From contig JBFXJJ010000005.1 of NCBI GenBank assembly GCA_050175015.1, positions 96,001 through 160,000 on the forward strand: a stretch of 64,000 nucleotides of DNA, in the 5' to 3' direction. The position numbers were made by a program, and so were the translations under genes. This stretch comes from Alphaproteobacteria bacterium (lineage in GTDB: Bacteria > Pseudomonadota > Alphaproteobacteria > JBFXJJ01). Below are positions 55,578 to 64,000 of the stretch, piece after piece (within the stretch, counting starts at the first letter, position 1; every line of letters starts with the position of its first letter). Below the pieces are notes generated by a model. It was not told the origin of the DNA. It made no database searches and worked only from the letters and a program-made list of their open reading frames with translations.

Positions 55578-56959
55578 TATTTATCCCCTATAATGCCTAA
55601 CATTTTTAATTTACGGTGCAGTGCGGAACGTTCCATTTCCACCTGTCTCGCCGTTTCTGAGATATTGTCACCACATCTAGCTAATTTTGCTAGTAAATAT
55701 TCTTTTTCAAACATATCTCTAGCCTCTCTAATAGGCAATGACATAATTTCACTTTTTTTATCCCAAGAAAAAACCTTTGGAGCTGCGGAATAAATTTCTG
55801 AAGGAAGCATATTGATGGTTATTTGATTCCCTGAAACTTCTGAAGACATAATCAAAATCCAGTCTATAATGTTTTTTAACTGCCTTACATTTCCAGGCCA
55901 GTCATAAGACTGCATAGCCATTAACGCATCTTCAGCGAAAGTTTTAATATTCTCATTAGCAATATTGTTAGATTTTCGCATAAAATATTCAGCTAATTTA
56001 GGAATATCATCTTTCCTTTCTTTAAGACTTGGCATTTTAATCGGAACAACATTAAGCCTATAAAATAAATCTTCCCTAAATTTATTATTTCTAATAGCTT
56101 CTTGTAAATTACGGTTAGAGGTTGCTATTACTCGAACATCGACCTCAATTTTTTTATTTCCCCCAACTCTAAAAAAAGTCTGTTCCTGAAGAACTCTAAC
56201 TATTTTTCCTTGAGTCTCAATAGGCATATCCGCAACTTCATCAAGTAGTAATGTTCCACCATGAGCTTGCTCAAAAAAACCTGTTTTGGCATCGGATATA
56301 TCGTTATCGCTTTTTTCTTTACCAAAAAGCTCTAGCTCCATTCTTTCTGGATGCATCCCTGCACAATTAATAACGACAAAAGGATTGTTTTTTCTTCTTG
56401 AAAGCTTATGAATAAGTCTTGCAGCAACTTCTTTGCCAGATCCCTGCTCACCAGTGATAAGCACTCTGGAATTAGTTGGAGCAACCAGCTCAATATTTTT
56501 ACGAACCGCATTTATTATTGCTGAGAAACCTATCAAATCTTCATCTGGAGAAAATCTTTGTTTAAGTTCAATATTTTCACGCTTAAGATTTGCGTTTTCA
56601 ATAGCCCTTTCAACAATCAACAAAAGGCGATCAGATTTAAAAGGCTTTTCAATATAATCATAGGCGCCCTTTTTGATAGCAGCAACCGCTGTTTCAATAT
56701 TGCCATGACCACTAATCATAACTACAGGAAGATATGGATATTCCTTGTTTATCTCCGATAGAATATCAAGACCGTCAAGCTTACTGCCTTCTAACCAAAT
56801 ATCAAGAATGACAATATCTGGCCTCTTCGTTCTTAATGCTTCAAATGCAGTTTCAGAATTATTAGCCTCACGAATGGTATACCCTTCGTCGCTTAAAATT
56901 CCTCCAATTAACATTCTTATATCATCTTCATCATCAACGATAAGAATATTTTTACTCAT
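55577..56959 (-). CDS. ntrX: Response regulator NtrX
   Basis: Receiver 'LDIWLEGS.LDG', AAA+ domain lacking GAFTGA, C-terminal 'MERSALHRKLK'. Confidence 0.93.
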   Translation of the reverse strand: MSKNILIVDDEDDIRMLIGGILSDEGYTIREANNSETAFEALRTKRPDIVILDIWLEGSKLDGLDILSEINKEYPYLPVVMISGHGNIETAVAAIKKGAYDYIEKPFKSDRLLLIVERAIENANLKRENIELKQRFSPDEDLIGFSAIINAVRKNIELVAPTNSRVLITGEQGSGKEVAARLIHKLSRRKNNPFVVINCAGMHPERMELELFGKEKSDNDISDAKTGFFEQAHGGTLLLDEVADMPIETQGKIVRVLQEQTFFRVGGNKKIEVDVRVIATSNRNLQEAIRNNKFREDLFYRLNVVPIKMPSLKERKDDIPKLAEYFMRKSNNIANENIKTFAEDALMAMQSYDWPGNVRQLKNIIDWILIMSSEVSGNQITINMLPSEIYSAAPKVFSWDKKSEIMSLPIREARDMFEKEYLLAKLARCGDNISETARQVEMERSALHRKLKMLGIIGDK

Positions 56960-59158
56960 CTAGCTGTCCATATTTTTAAAACGTAATGAAACTTTAGCTC
57001 CGCCATTTTCATTATCATCTATTAGCAATTCACCCTTATGGTCTTCCATAATCTTTTTCACAATAGCCAAACCTAAACCTGTTCCTTTGGCTCTTGTAGT
57101 TACATAAGGTTCGGTTAACTTTTCCCTTGTTTCTTTATCGGGTAATCCTTTGCCGTTATCAATAACCGTTATTTTTATATAATTTTTTTCATTTAATACA
57201 AGTATTAAAATGTTTCCTTTAAAATTTTCTTCATGTTTTTCTTTATCATGTACTGCTTCAATAGCATTTTTTATAATATTAGTAACAGCTTGGTTTAGCT
57301 GTCTATTATCACAACGCATATAAATCTTAGGTTCTTCAATTTTAGTCTCAAAAGTTATTTCAGGATATGCTGTTTTTTGTAGAAAAACTGCACTTTGTAC
57401 AATTTCACAGATATTATATTCTTTCATTTGAGGAGCAGGCATACGTGCAAAAGCTGAAAATTCGTCAACCATACGCCCAATATCAGCAACCTGCCTAATA
57501 ATTGTTGCTATGCAAGTATCAAAAGTCTCAACATCTTCCTTAATCTGCTTTTTATATTTCTTAGAAAGCCTTTCTGCCGAAAGCTGAATAGGAGTTAAAG
57601 GATTTTTGATTTCATGTGCAATGCGCCTTGCAACATCTGCCCAAGCAGCCTTTCTTTGTGCTTGCTCTAATTCTGTAATGTCATCAAAAGTAAAAACATA
57701 ACCAACGACTTCGTTGTTACGCATTTCTGCAGCAAGCCTAACCAATAATATTTTATCATTAGCTTTAATTTCACCATTAAATGGCTTGCTCGGCTTATCA
57801 TATACGATATCAAAAGCATTAGTAAATTCAGGTATTGCTTTGATAATATGAAGTTCTTTAAGCTCTTCTGGCTGGCGGCTTAACAAATCACAAGCCGAAC
57901 GATTAATAATTGAAATATTGCCATTGCTATCAAGTCCGACAACTCCAGCAGATACTCCGGCCAAAACCGTTTCTATGAATCTACGGCGTTTATCAATCTC
58001 ATAATTAGTTTCAACCAACCGTTCTCTTTGCGACAAAAGCTGGCTAGTCATACGGTTAAAAGCACGACTTAATATACTCAACTCATCAGCGTAGGAATTT
58101 TCCTCAACTTTAACTTCTAAATCGCCTTCTCTAACTTGCCCTGCAGCATCAATTAAAGCCGTAATAGGCTTTAAAAGCTGCGTTGCTAAATTAAGTCCAA
58201 TCCACATTGAAGCGGTTAGCAGTAACAGAGCCGCCAAAATAAAAATCATCGAAAAGGTTATTTCGATATTTGAGCGTTGTCCTTCTAATCTTTTATATTC
58301 AGATACCGATTTGTTAGCCCTGTCCATATGAGCAAGAACTCTTGGATCAACAAAACGTCCAACATACAAATAAAAATCGCCTACCGTATCAAGTTTAGCT
58401 AAAGCTCGAACTCTATCTGAAGTCTCGCCAGTTAAAACCGCTATTTCACCTCTGTTAGCCTTATCAACCGCCCAATAAGGAACTTCTTCAAAACGCAATG
58501 AAAAGGTATAGCCCGTGTAAGCTATAACCTTACCATCAATATTAAAAATTACGGCTTCGTTAAGTCCTTGCTCCATTGATGTTGTGGTTAACACCTGTTT
58601 AATTTGATTAACATTAAAGCCTGAGTGATAAATTTCTCTATTAATAGCATTAGCAACGACTAAAACATCTCCCGTAATAATTTGGCGATGTTCTTTTAAA
58701 TACGCCTCTGCAACAATAAGCGATTCATTAACTGCTGTTTTAACATTATCACTAAACCAGCTTTGCAAGCCGGCGTTAAAAAATAAGGCTGAAAATACTG
58801 CTACTAAAATAGTAGGTGTTGCCGCAACTAATCCAAACAAAAAGACTAATCTCACTTGCAACTTAGAGCCTGCTTTGCCCTCTTTTCTAGCTCCCCAAAC
58901 CTGAACCATTCTTCTTATGATAACGATACTAAGAATTAAAAGTATTGTTAGATCAATATTAAGTAGAATTAAAACCTTTTTAGAATCATATTCTCTAGAA
59001 TCGGCCTGAGTTAAAGCAAAATATGTGGCCAATCCAGATATAACGGCACAAAAAGAAAGACCTATGGCTAATTTTCGTGAAAGGTTATTTTTTCTTGCCC
59101 AAATGCCAAGTTTTAAAAAAAGACGGCTTTTTTGAAAATCAGTTTTGCCAATAACCAT
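56960..59158 (-). CDS. ntrY: Sensor histidine kinase NtrY
   Basis: TM/HAMP/PAS; 'AAWADVARRIAHEIKNPLTPIQLSAERL'; 'EPYVTTR.KGTGLGL'. Confidence 0.93.
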   Translation of the reverse strand: MVIGKTDFQKSRLFLKLGIWARKNNLSRKLAIGLSFCAVISGLATYFALTQADSREYDSKKVLILLNIDLTILLILSIVIIRRMVQVWGARKEGKAGSKLQVRLVFLFGLVAATPTILVAVFSALFFNAGLQSWFSDNVKTAVNESLIVAEAYLKEHRQIITGDVLVVANAINREIYHSGFNVNQIKQVLTTTSMEQGLNEAVIFNIDGKVIAYTGYTFSLRFEEVPYWAVDKANRGEIAVLTGETSDRVRALAKLDTVGDFYLYVGRFVDPRVLAHMDRANKSVSEYKRLEGQRSNIEITFSMIFILAALLLLTASMWIGLNLATQLLKPITALIDAAGQVREGDLEVKVEENSYADELSILSRAFNRMTSQLLSQRERLVETNYEIDKRRRFIETVLAGVSAGVVGLDSNGNISIINRSACDLLSRQPEELKELHIIKAIPEFTNAFDIVYDKPSKPFNGEIKANDKILLVRLAAEMRNNEVVGYVFTFDDITELEQAQRKAAWADVARRIAHEIKNPLTPIQLSAERLSKKYKKQIKEDVETFDTCIATIIRQVADIGRMVDEFSAFARMPAPQMKEYNICEIVQSAVFLQKTAYPEITFETKIEEPKIYMRCDNRQLNQAVTNIIKNAIEAVHDKEKHEENFKGNILILVLNEKNYIKITVIDNGKGLPDKETREKLTEPYVTTRAKGTGLGLAIVKKIMEDHKGELLIDDNENGGAKVSLRFKNMDS

Positions 59159-59179
59159 TCAACTTACTCGTAGGAAAAT

Positions 59180-60148
59180 TTATATAAAGAATTCATTTAT
59201 CATATTTTTTGCTATATCTAAAGACGTAATTAAATTAAATCTTTCTCTAAACTCTGTTGCGTTCTTAAAATTGCGGCTGTACCAGCAAATGTGTTTGCGA
59301 GCTATTTTTATGCCATTCCTAATCCCATAATATTGCAAAATCTCATCATAATGTTCTAAAACAATTTTTCTCTTTTCTTCATTTGAAAACTCTGGTTTTG
59401 CAAATAATTCCCCTTCATTTAAAGCTTTAGAAATATCTGATACAGCCCACGGACGTCCAAGAATTCCACGCCCAATCATAACCCCGTTGCAATTAGTTTT
59501 AGAAATCATATTCATAGCATCTTGAGAAGAATAAATATCGCCATTGCCAATAACTGGAATTGATAATTTATTCTTTACTGCGGCAATAACATCAAGATTT
59601 GCAATCCCAGAATACATTTGCTCCCGTGTTCGACCGTGAACAATAACGGCATCAGCCCCTTCCGACTCGGCGATATGTGCTATCTCTGGAGCATTAATGT
59701 TTTTCTCGTCCCAACCAGAGCGAATTTTTACGGTTAACGGGATATTAATTGCATTTCGCGCAGCTTTAACAATAGCGCCAACCCTGGCAGCATCTTTCAT
59801 TAATGCGGCACCGCTGATATTAGTTATAAGCTTGCGTACAGGACACCCCATATTAATATCGATAAGGCTTGCCCCGCTTGCTTCGCTCATTTTAGCAGCT
59901 TCAGCAATCGTTTCAGGATCGTTGCCAACGATTTGAACAGCTATTGGGTATTCATCTTGGTATGTTTTAGCTCTATTTATAGTTTTTTTATGAGATCTTA
60001 CTATAGAATTTGCCGCAATCATCTCTGTGAAAAGCAAGGCTTTAGAGAATTTTCGCACCATAATACGAAAAGGTCTATCGGTTACGCCAGCCATAGGTGC
60101 AACCATAATCTTGTCATTTAATTCTAAAGAGCCTATAAAAAGAGACAT
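59180..60148 (-). CDS. dusB: tRNA-dihydrouridine synthase B (NifR3 family)
   Basis: 'APMAGVTD.PFR', 'DINMGCP', 'VHGRTR.Q.Y'. Confidence 0.95.
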   Translation of the reverse strand: MSLFIGSLELNDKIMVAPMAGVTDRPFRIMVRKFSKALLFTEMIAANSIVRSHKKTINRAKTYQDEYPIAVQIVGNDPETIAEAAKMSEASGASLIDINMGCPVRKLITNISGAALMKDAARVGAIVKAARNAINIPLTVKIRSGWDEKNINAPEIAHIAESEGADAVIVHGRTREQMYSGIANLDVIAAVKNKLSIPVIGNGDIYSSQDAMNMISKTNCNGVMIGRGILGRPWAVSDISKALNEGELFAKPEFSNEEKRKIVLEHYDEILQYYGIRNGIKIARKHICWYSRNFKNATEFRERFNLITSLDIAKNMINEFFI

Positions 60149-60191
60149 AATTTCGTAACTTATAATATTTTTTAAAAAAACTGAACCTTAA

Positions 60192-61340
60192 ATGAAAAAG
60201 AAATGTATAGCACTGATTGTTGCCGCAGGTAAAGGACACCGTTTTGGCAACGAGCTTCCTAAACAGTATCATCAATTAGGAAATAAAATGGTCTTAGCTC
60301 AAAGTCTAGGAATATTTGCTAACCACTATCTCGTTGATGGAGTTGCCGCCGTTATTAATTTTGATGATATGCCTTTTTACGAAATTGCGGCTCAAGGTTT
60401 AAACTTGCTGCCACCTATTAAAGGCGGTAAAACGAGGCAAGATTCAGTTCGCCTTGGGCTTGAGGCTATCAAAGAACAGCAGCCTGACATCGTTTTAATC
60501 CATGATGGCGCCAGACCGTTTATAAGCTATGATTTAATCACTAATACCATCGAAGCTCTTAATGACTATGATGGCGTTATTCCTGCTATCCCTGTTAAAG
60601 ATACTTTAAAAAAAGTTCAGAATAATATCATAACCCAAACCGTAGATCGTAATGAATTATGGCGGGCGCAAACTCCGCAAGGCTTTAACTTTGAAAAGAT
60701 TAGAACAGCTCATTTAAAAGCGCAAAATTTAGAACTAACAGATGACGCCGCCGTATTTGAGTATAGCGGTCTTGATGTTCTCATTATTAACGGCGATGAA
60801 GGTAATGAAAAAATAACCCTTAAAGAAGATTTAGAAAAATTCAATATTGGTAAAGAAAACAGCCGTGATACCAAAATTGGAAGCGGATTTGACGTTCACC
60901 AAATATGCAATGATAAAAAAATGTATCTTTGCGGAGTTGAAATTGATTGTCCTTTCGGGCTTAAAGGACATTCTGATGCCGATGTCGCTTTGCACGCCTT
61001 AGCCGATGCTCTTTTTGGCGCTGTAGGTGCTGGTGATATTGGTCTTCATTTTCCACCCTCCGATGATAAATGGCAAGGCGCCGCCTCAGAAATATTTGTA
61101 AAAAAAGCGGTAGCCACCATATCAGCTATGGGGGGAACAATTAACAATATTGATTTAACCATAATCTGCGAAAAACCTAAAATATCAAATTACAGATTGG
61201 CAATGTTAAAAAAATTATCAGAAATCACAGGACTTTCACCTTCCAATATAAGCTTAAAAGCAACAACAACAGAAAAACTAGGCTTTACAGGACGAGGCGA
61301 AGGTATCGCAGCTCAAGCAGTTGCGGCTATAAAAATTTAA
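60192..61340 (+). CDS. ispDF: Bifunctional IspD/IspF
   Basis: 'AAG.G.RFG...PKQY', 'HDGARP'; 'G.GFDVH', 'GHSDADV.LHA', 'KATTTEKLGF.GR.EG'. Confidence 0.96.
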   Translation: MKKKCIALIVAAGKGHRFGNELPKQYHQLGNKMVLAQSLGIFANHYLVDGVAAVINFDDMPFYEIAAQGLNLLPPIKGGKTRQDSVRLGLEAIKEQQPDIVLIHDGARPFISYDLITNTIEALNDYDGVIPAIPVKDTLKKVQNNIITQTVDRNELWRAQTPQGFNFEKIRTAHLKAQNLELTDDAAVFEYSGLDVLIINGDEGNEKITLKEDLEKFNIGKENSRDTKIGSGFDVHQICNDKKMYLCGVEIDCPFGLKGHSDADVALHALADALFGAVGAGDIGLHFPPSDDKWQGAASEIFVKKAVATISAMGGTINNIDLTIICEKPKISNYRLAMLKKLSEITGLSPSNISLKATTTEKLGFTGRGEGIAAQAVAAIKI

Positions 61341-61491
61341 GTTCTATGCCTAAAATTTTAATCAAACGATTGAAAGCTGTTGCTTCCTAAAAAACAAAGA
61401 AACCTTTTAGTTTGAGGCTTTTATGTTTAATTATACAAATCTATCTTAAGACATAGTTCCGCTATCGAAACATTAAAACTACAATGGAAGT

Positions 61492-61809
61492 TTAAATGGT
61501 TTCCTGACCTATCCAATTTAAGAAATCTTCACTACCGCCATTGATTGGCAATGATATTATGCAGGGACACTCATAACTATGATGCCTTTTTACCTCGTCT
61601 AACACGTCACTTAATAAAGTTTTTTTGGTTTTGACAATCATTGCGGTTTCTTTATCGTTCTTTATTTCGTTACGCCAGCGATATATTGATGTTATATCAC
61701 CTAAAATATTGGCACAGGAAACCAATTTTTTTGCCACTAGATTCTGGGCAATAATAACAGCTTCATCTTTAGTTGATGCCGTTATGTAAACCACGATGTA
61801 ATCTGACAT
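61492..61809 (-). CDS. cutA: Divalent-cation tolerance protein CutA
   Basis: 'LV..KL.SCANI....SIYRW', 'H.YE.P.I'; ATG at 61809. Confidence 0.92.
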   Translation of the reverse strand: MSDYIVVYITASTKDEAVIIAQNLVAKKLVSCANILGDITSIYRWRNEIKNDKETAMIVKTKKTLLSDVLDEVKRHHSYECPCIISLPINGGSEDFLNWIGQETI

Positions 61810-61868
61810 ATTTAAGCCTTCATAAATAATTGCAATATTGTTTGTTAAAGATAACATTTTTTAGGAAA

Positions 61869-62855
61869 TCAAGCTGTCAAATTAACATCATTACTCTGAT
61901 ATAAATATGAAATATTTTTTGTATTTTGAGGAACTAATGGAATAATTTTGCTATAAGCTGAAACCCCTATTTTCTGTGTACTGATACTTTGAGAATATCC
62001 ATCGGCTAAAGACGTAACTCCATCATTCTCTTTTTCATCTGTTTTCTCTTCTGCGTCTTGTTTTTTCAGTTCCTGTTTGGCTTCGGTTTTAACTTTTTCC
62101 GCAGTCATTGCAACTTGCTTGTCAGCTGCTGATGGTTCCATCGGAGCAAGAGCGGCTTTCTTTACAATCTCCATTTTTTGAATGGTGGCTTCAGGATTAT
62201 CATTAACTGGAGAGGTGTCAATTTTGACTTCGCCCTCTACGGCATATTGGTTGCCATCAGGACCTTCTTCCATAGTATAGCTAGGAGCTCCCGCATATCC
62301 TCCTCCAGCCATTGTATGAGCCTGCTCGTGCTGTCTTACTTCACGATCAGTCTTCTGCAAATCATCGACTTGCTGCTCCTCGTCATCTGTTAACTCTTCA
62401 GATTCTCCAGATGAGACAGAATTGGAAGCTTGAGCTGGTGGAGAACCACCTTGATTCGCTCCCCCTACGCTATCAACTTCTAAATTTTCGGAATGTGATT
62501 GCTGTAAAATCTCACCACCATCGTCATTTTCTTCTGTTAAATCTGAGTTCGTTTGATTTTGTTTCTTATTTTTAGAATTAGTTAACTCTTCATCTATATC
62601 ATCATCTAATGAAGCATATTCTTGAACCGAATATAAAGAAGATAAACTCACAGGAGGTATTTCATTAAAGGCATTTATTAAAGAATCGCTTTGCTTAATG
62701 TCAGAAGTATCATCAAGCAATGAAAATTTAGATAAGTCTTGTGTGGCGTCAGAAGATTTTTGAGTTTTTTTGCTCGCAGCGGAGGATATAGGCGACACAG
62801 GGTCGCTTATATTCATCATTGTTTTCAAAAATGATGTTCCAACCTTATTTATCAA
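61869..62855 (-). CDS. SprA-related family protein (putative metalloprotease motif)
   Basis: 'DREVRQHEQAH...GG', 'GPDG.QYAV.GEV.ID', 'AALAP.EPS.AD..VA'; acidic low-complexity flanks; start uncertain. Confidence 0.8.
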   Translation of the reverse strand: MINKVGTSFLKTMMNISDPVSPISSAASKKTQKSSDATQDLSKFSLLDDTSDIKQSDSLINAFNEIPPVSLSSLYSVQEYASLDDDIDEELTNSKNKKQNQTNSDLTEENDDGGEILQQSHSENLEVDSVGGANQGGSPPAQASNSVSSGESEELTDDEEQQVDDLQKTDREVRQHEQAHTMAGGGYAGAPSYTMEEGPDGNQYAVEGEVKIDTSPVNDNPEATIQKMEIVKKAALAPMEPSAADKQVAMTAEKVKTEAKQELKKQDAEEKTDEKENDGVTSLADGYSQSISTQKIGVSAYSKIIPLVPQNTKNISYLYQSNDVNLTA

Positions 62856-62989
62856 AGCTTTTCCTATAACTTTGGAGCAATTAAAACTTAAAGATTGTAT
62901 TATATCTTATTTTTTATTATAAATCAATTTTATGTAGGGTGATAAAGTTTTACTTTATTTGTCTTAAATTTATCTTTATAAGCAGTATT

Positions 62990-63445
62990 ATGAAAAAAAA
63001 TGTTCTTATAATTAATGGTCCTAATTTAAACCTTTTAGGTAAAAGAGAACCAAATATTTATGGAAGTACAACTTTGAATGAAGTTAAGGAAAAATGCCAG
63101 GATAAGGCATCTTCCTATAACACTGAGGTTGTATTTTTTCAATCTAACAAAGAAGGGGAAATAATTGATGTTATTCAAGATGCCCCTAACAAATACAATG
63201 GCATAATCATTAATCCTGGGGCATACTCTCATACCTCTATAGCTATTATGGACGCTTTAAAAGTCGTCAAAATGCCAATTATTGAAGTTCATATCAGCAA
63301 TATTTTTAAAAGGGAAGAATTTCGCCGTCATTCCTACGTTTCGCTCGTAGCTGATGGCGTAATCTGCGGTTTAGGAACAGCAGGATATGAACTCGCCTTA
63401 GACGCTATTATTAAAATCATCAACCAGCATGGAGATAAATTCTAA
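62990..63445 (+). CDS. aroQ: Type II 3-dehydroquinate dehydratase
   Basis: 'INGPNLNLLG.REP.IYG', 'NPGAYSHTS', 'EVHISN'. Confidence 0.96.
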   Translation: MKKNVLIINGPNLNLLGKREPNIYGSTTLNEVKEKCQDKASSYNTEVVFFQSNKEGEIIDVIQDAPNKYNGIIINPGAYSHTSIAIMDALKVVKMPIIEVHISNIFKREEFRRHSYVSLVADGVICGLGTAGYELALDAIIKIINQHGDKF

Positions 63446-63952
63446 ATGCCTAATACAAATCCCAATACTAATAATTCAATATCAGATAAAAGAACCATTA
63501 AAGAATTAGCCAAAATAATTGAAGAAAACGGGCTTACCGAAATTGAATATGAAACTGAGACTTTCAGAGTTAGAATGGCTAAAAATCCTATTGTAAGCAA
63601 CTATATAAGCAGTGTTCCAACTGCTCCAGTTGTTGCTGCAGCTCCGCAAGCCATTACAGCTAAAACTGATACTTCTGCTAATGTGGCTCCTGCTGCTAAC
63701 AATGATTATGCTAATAATCCTAATGTAGTAAAATCACCTATGGTTGGTGTTATTTACTTGTCTCCAGAACCTGGAGCACCATCTTATATAAAAGAAGGCG
63801 ATTCTGTAAGCGCAGATCAAACATTGCTCTTAATTGAGGCAATGAAAACCTTTAACCCTGTAAAAGCTAACAAAAATGGCAAAATCACCAAAATTTTAGT
63901 AGGTGATGGTATGCCTGTTGAATATGGTGAACCTCTTTTGGTTTTGGAATAA
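63446..63952 (+). CDS. accB: Acetyl-CoA carboxylase biotin carboxyl carrier protein
   Basis: 'SPMVG..Y', biotinylation motif 'EAMK'. Confidence 0.96.
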   Translation: MPNTNPNTNNSISDKRTIKELAKIIEENGLTEIEYETETFRVRMAKNPIVSNYISSVPTAPVVAAAPQAITAKTDTSANVAPAANNDYANNPNVVKSPMVGVIYLSPEPGAPSYIKEGDSVSADQTLLLIEAMKTFNPVKANKNGKITKILVGDGMPVEYGEPLLVLE

Positions 63953-63955
63953 AAA

Positions 63956-64000
63956 ATGTTTGAAAAAGTACTTATAGCAAATCGAGGCGAAGTCGCTTTA
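63956..64000 (+). CDS. accC: Biotin carboxylase, N-terminal fragment (runs off window)
   Basis: MFEKVLIANRGEVAL directly after accB. Confidence 0.9.
   Translation, partial: MFEKVLIANRGEVAL

Overview
AT-rich alphaproteobacterial chromosome segment, probably near the replication terminus (dif-like site at 15452-15479, with gene orientation converging on it). 1-7668 is the tail end of a Mu-like transposable prophage: baseplate, tail fibre, D12 adenine methylase, a FipA-like cargo gene and a ...CA end with two 19-bp repeats. Core genes follow: tRNA-Ser, mltB-rlpA-dacA-tmk-holB-tatD-MBL, a MoxR/Bat operon, uvrD, a degenerate PAS-GGDEF gene and tRNA-Met. The most notable part is a ~16.6-kb island (31031-47693) bounded by a repeat of the tRNA-Met 3' end. 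It encodes HlyB/HlyD and one full-length RTX protein, preceded by an array of cassettes, each [conserved leader - membrane protein - variable N-terminal domain - shared ~0.5-kb RTX homology block]. This looks like a T1SS polymorphic effector system whose N-terminal domain can be swapped by recombination; two of the variable domains carry a permuted papain-like His...Cys signature. The window ends with mazG, an inserted GLUG/Cys-rich protein, and hflX-hfq-trkA-ntrX-ntrY-dusB/ispDF-cutA-SprA-like-aroQ-accB-accC'. All family assignments come from motif recognition by eye, not database searches.
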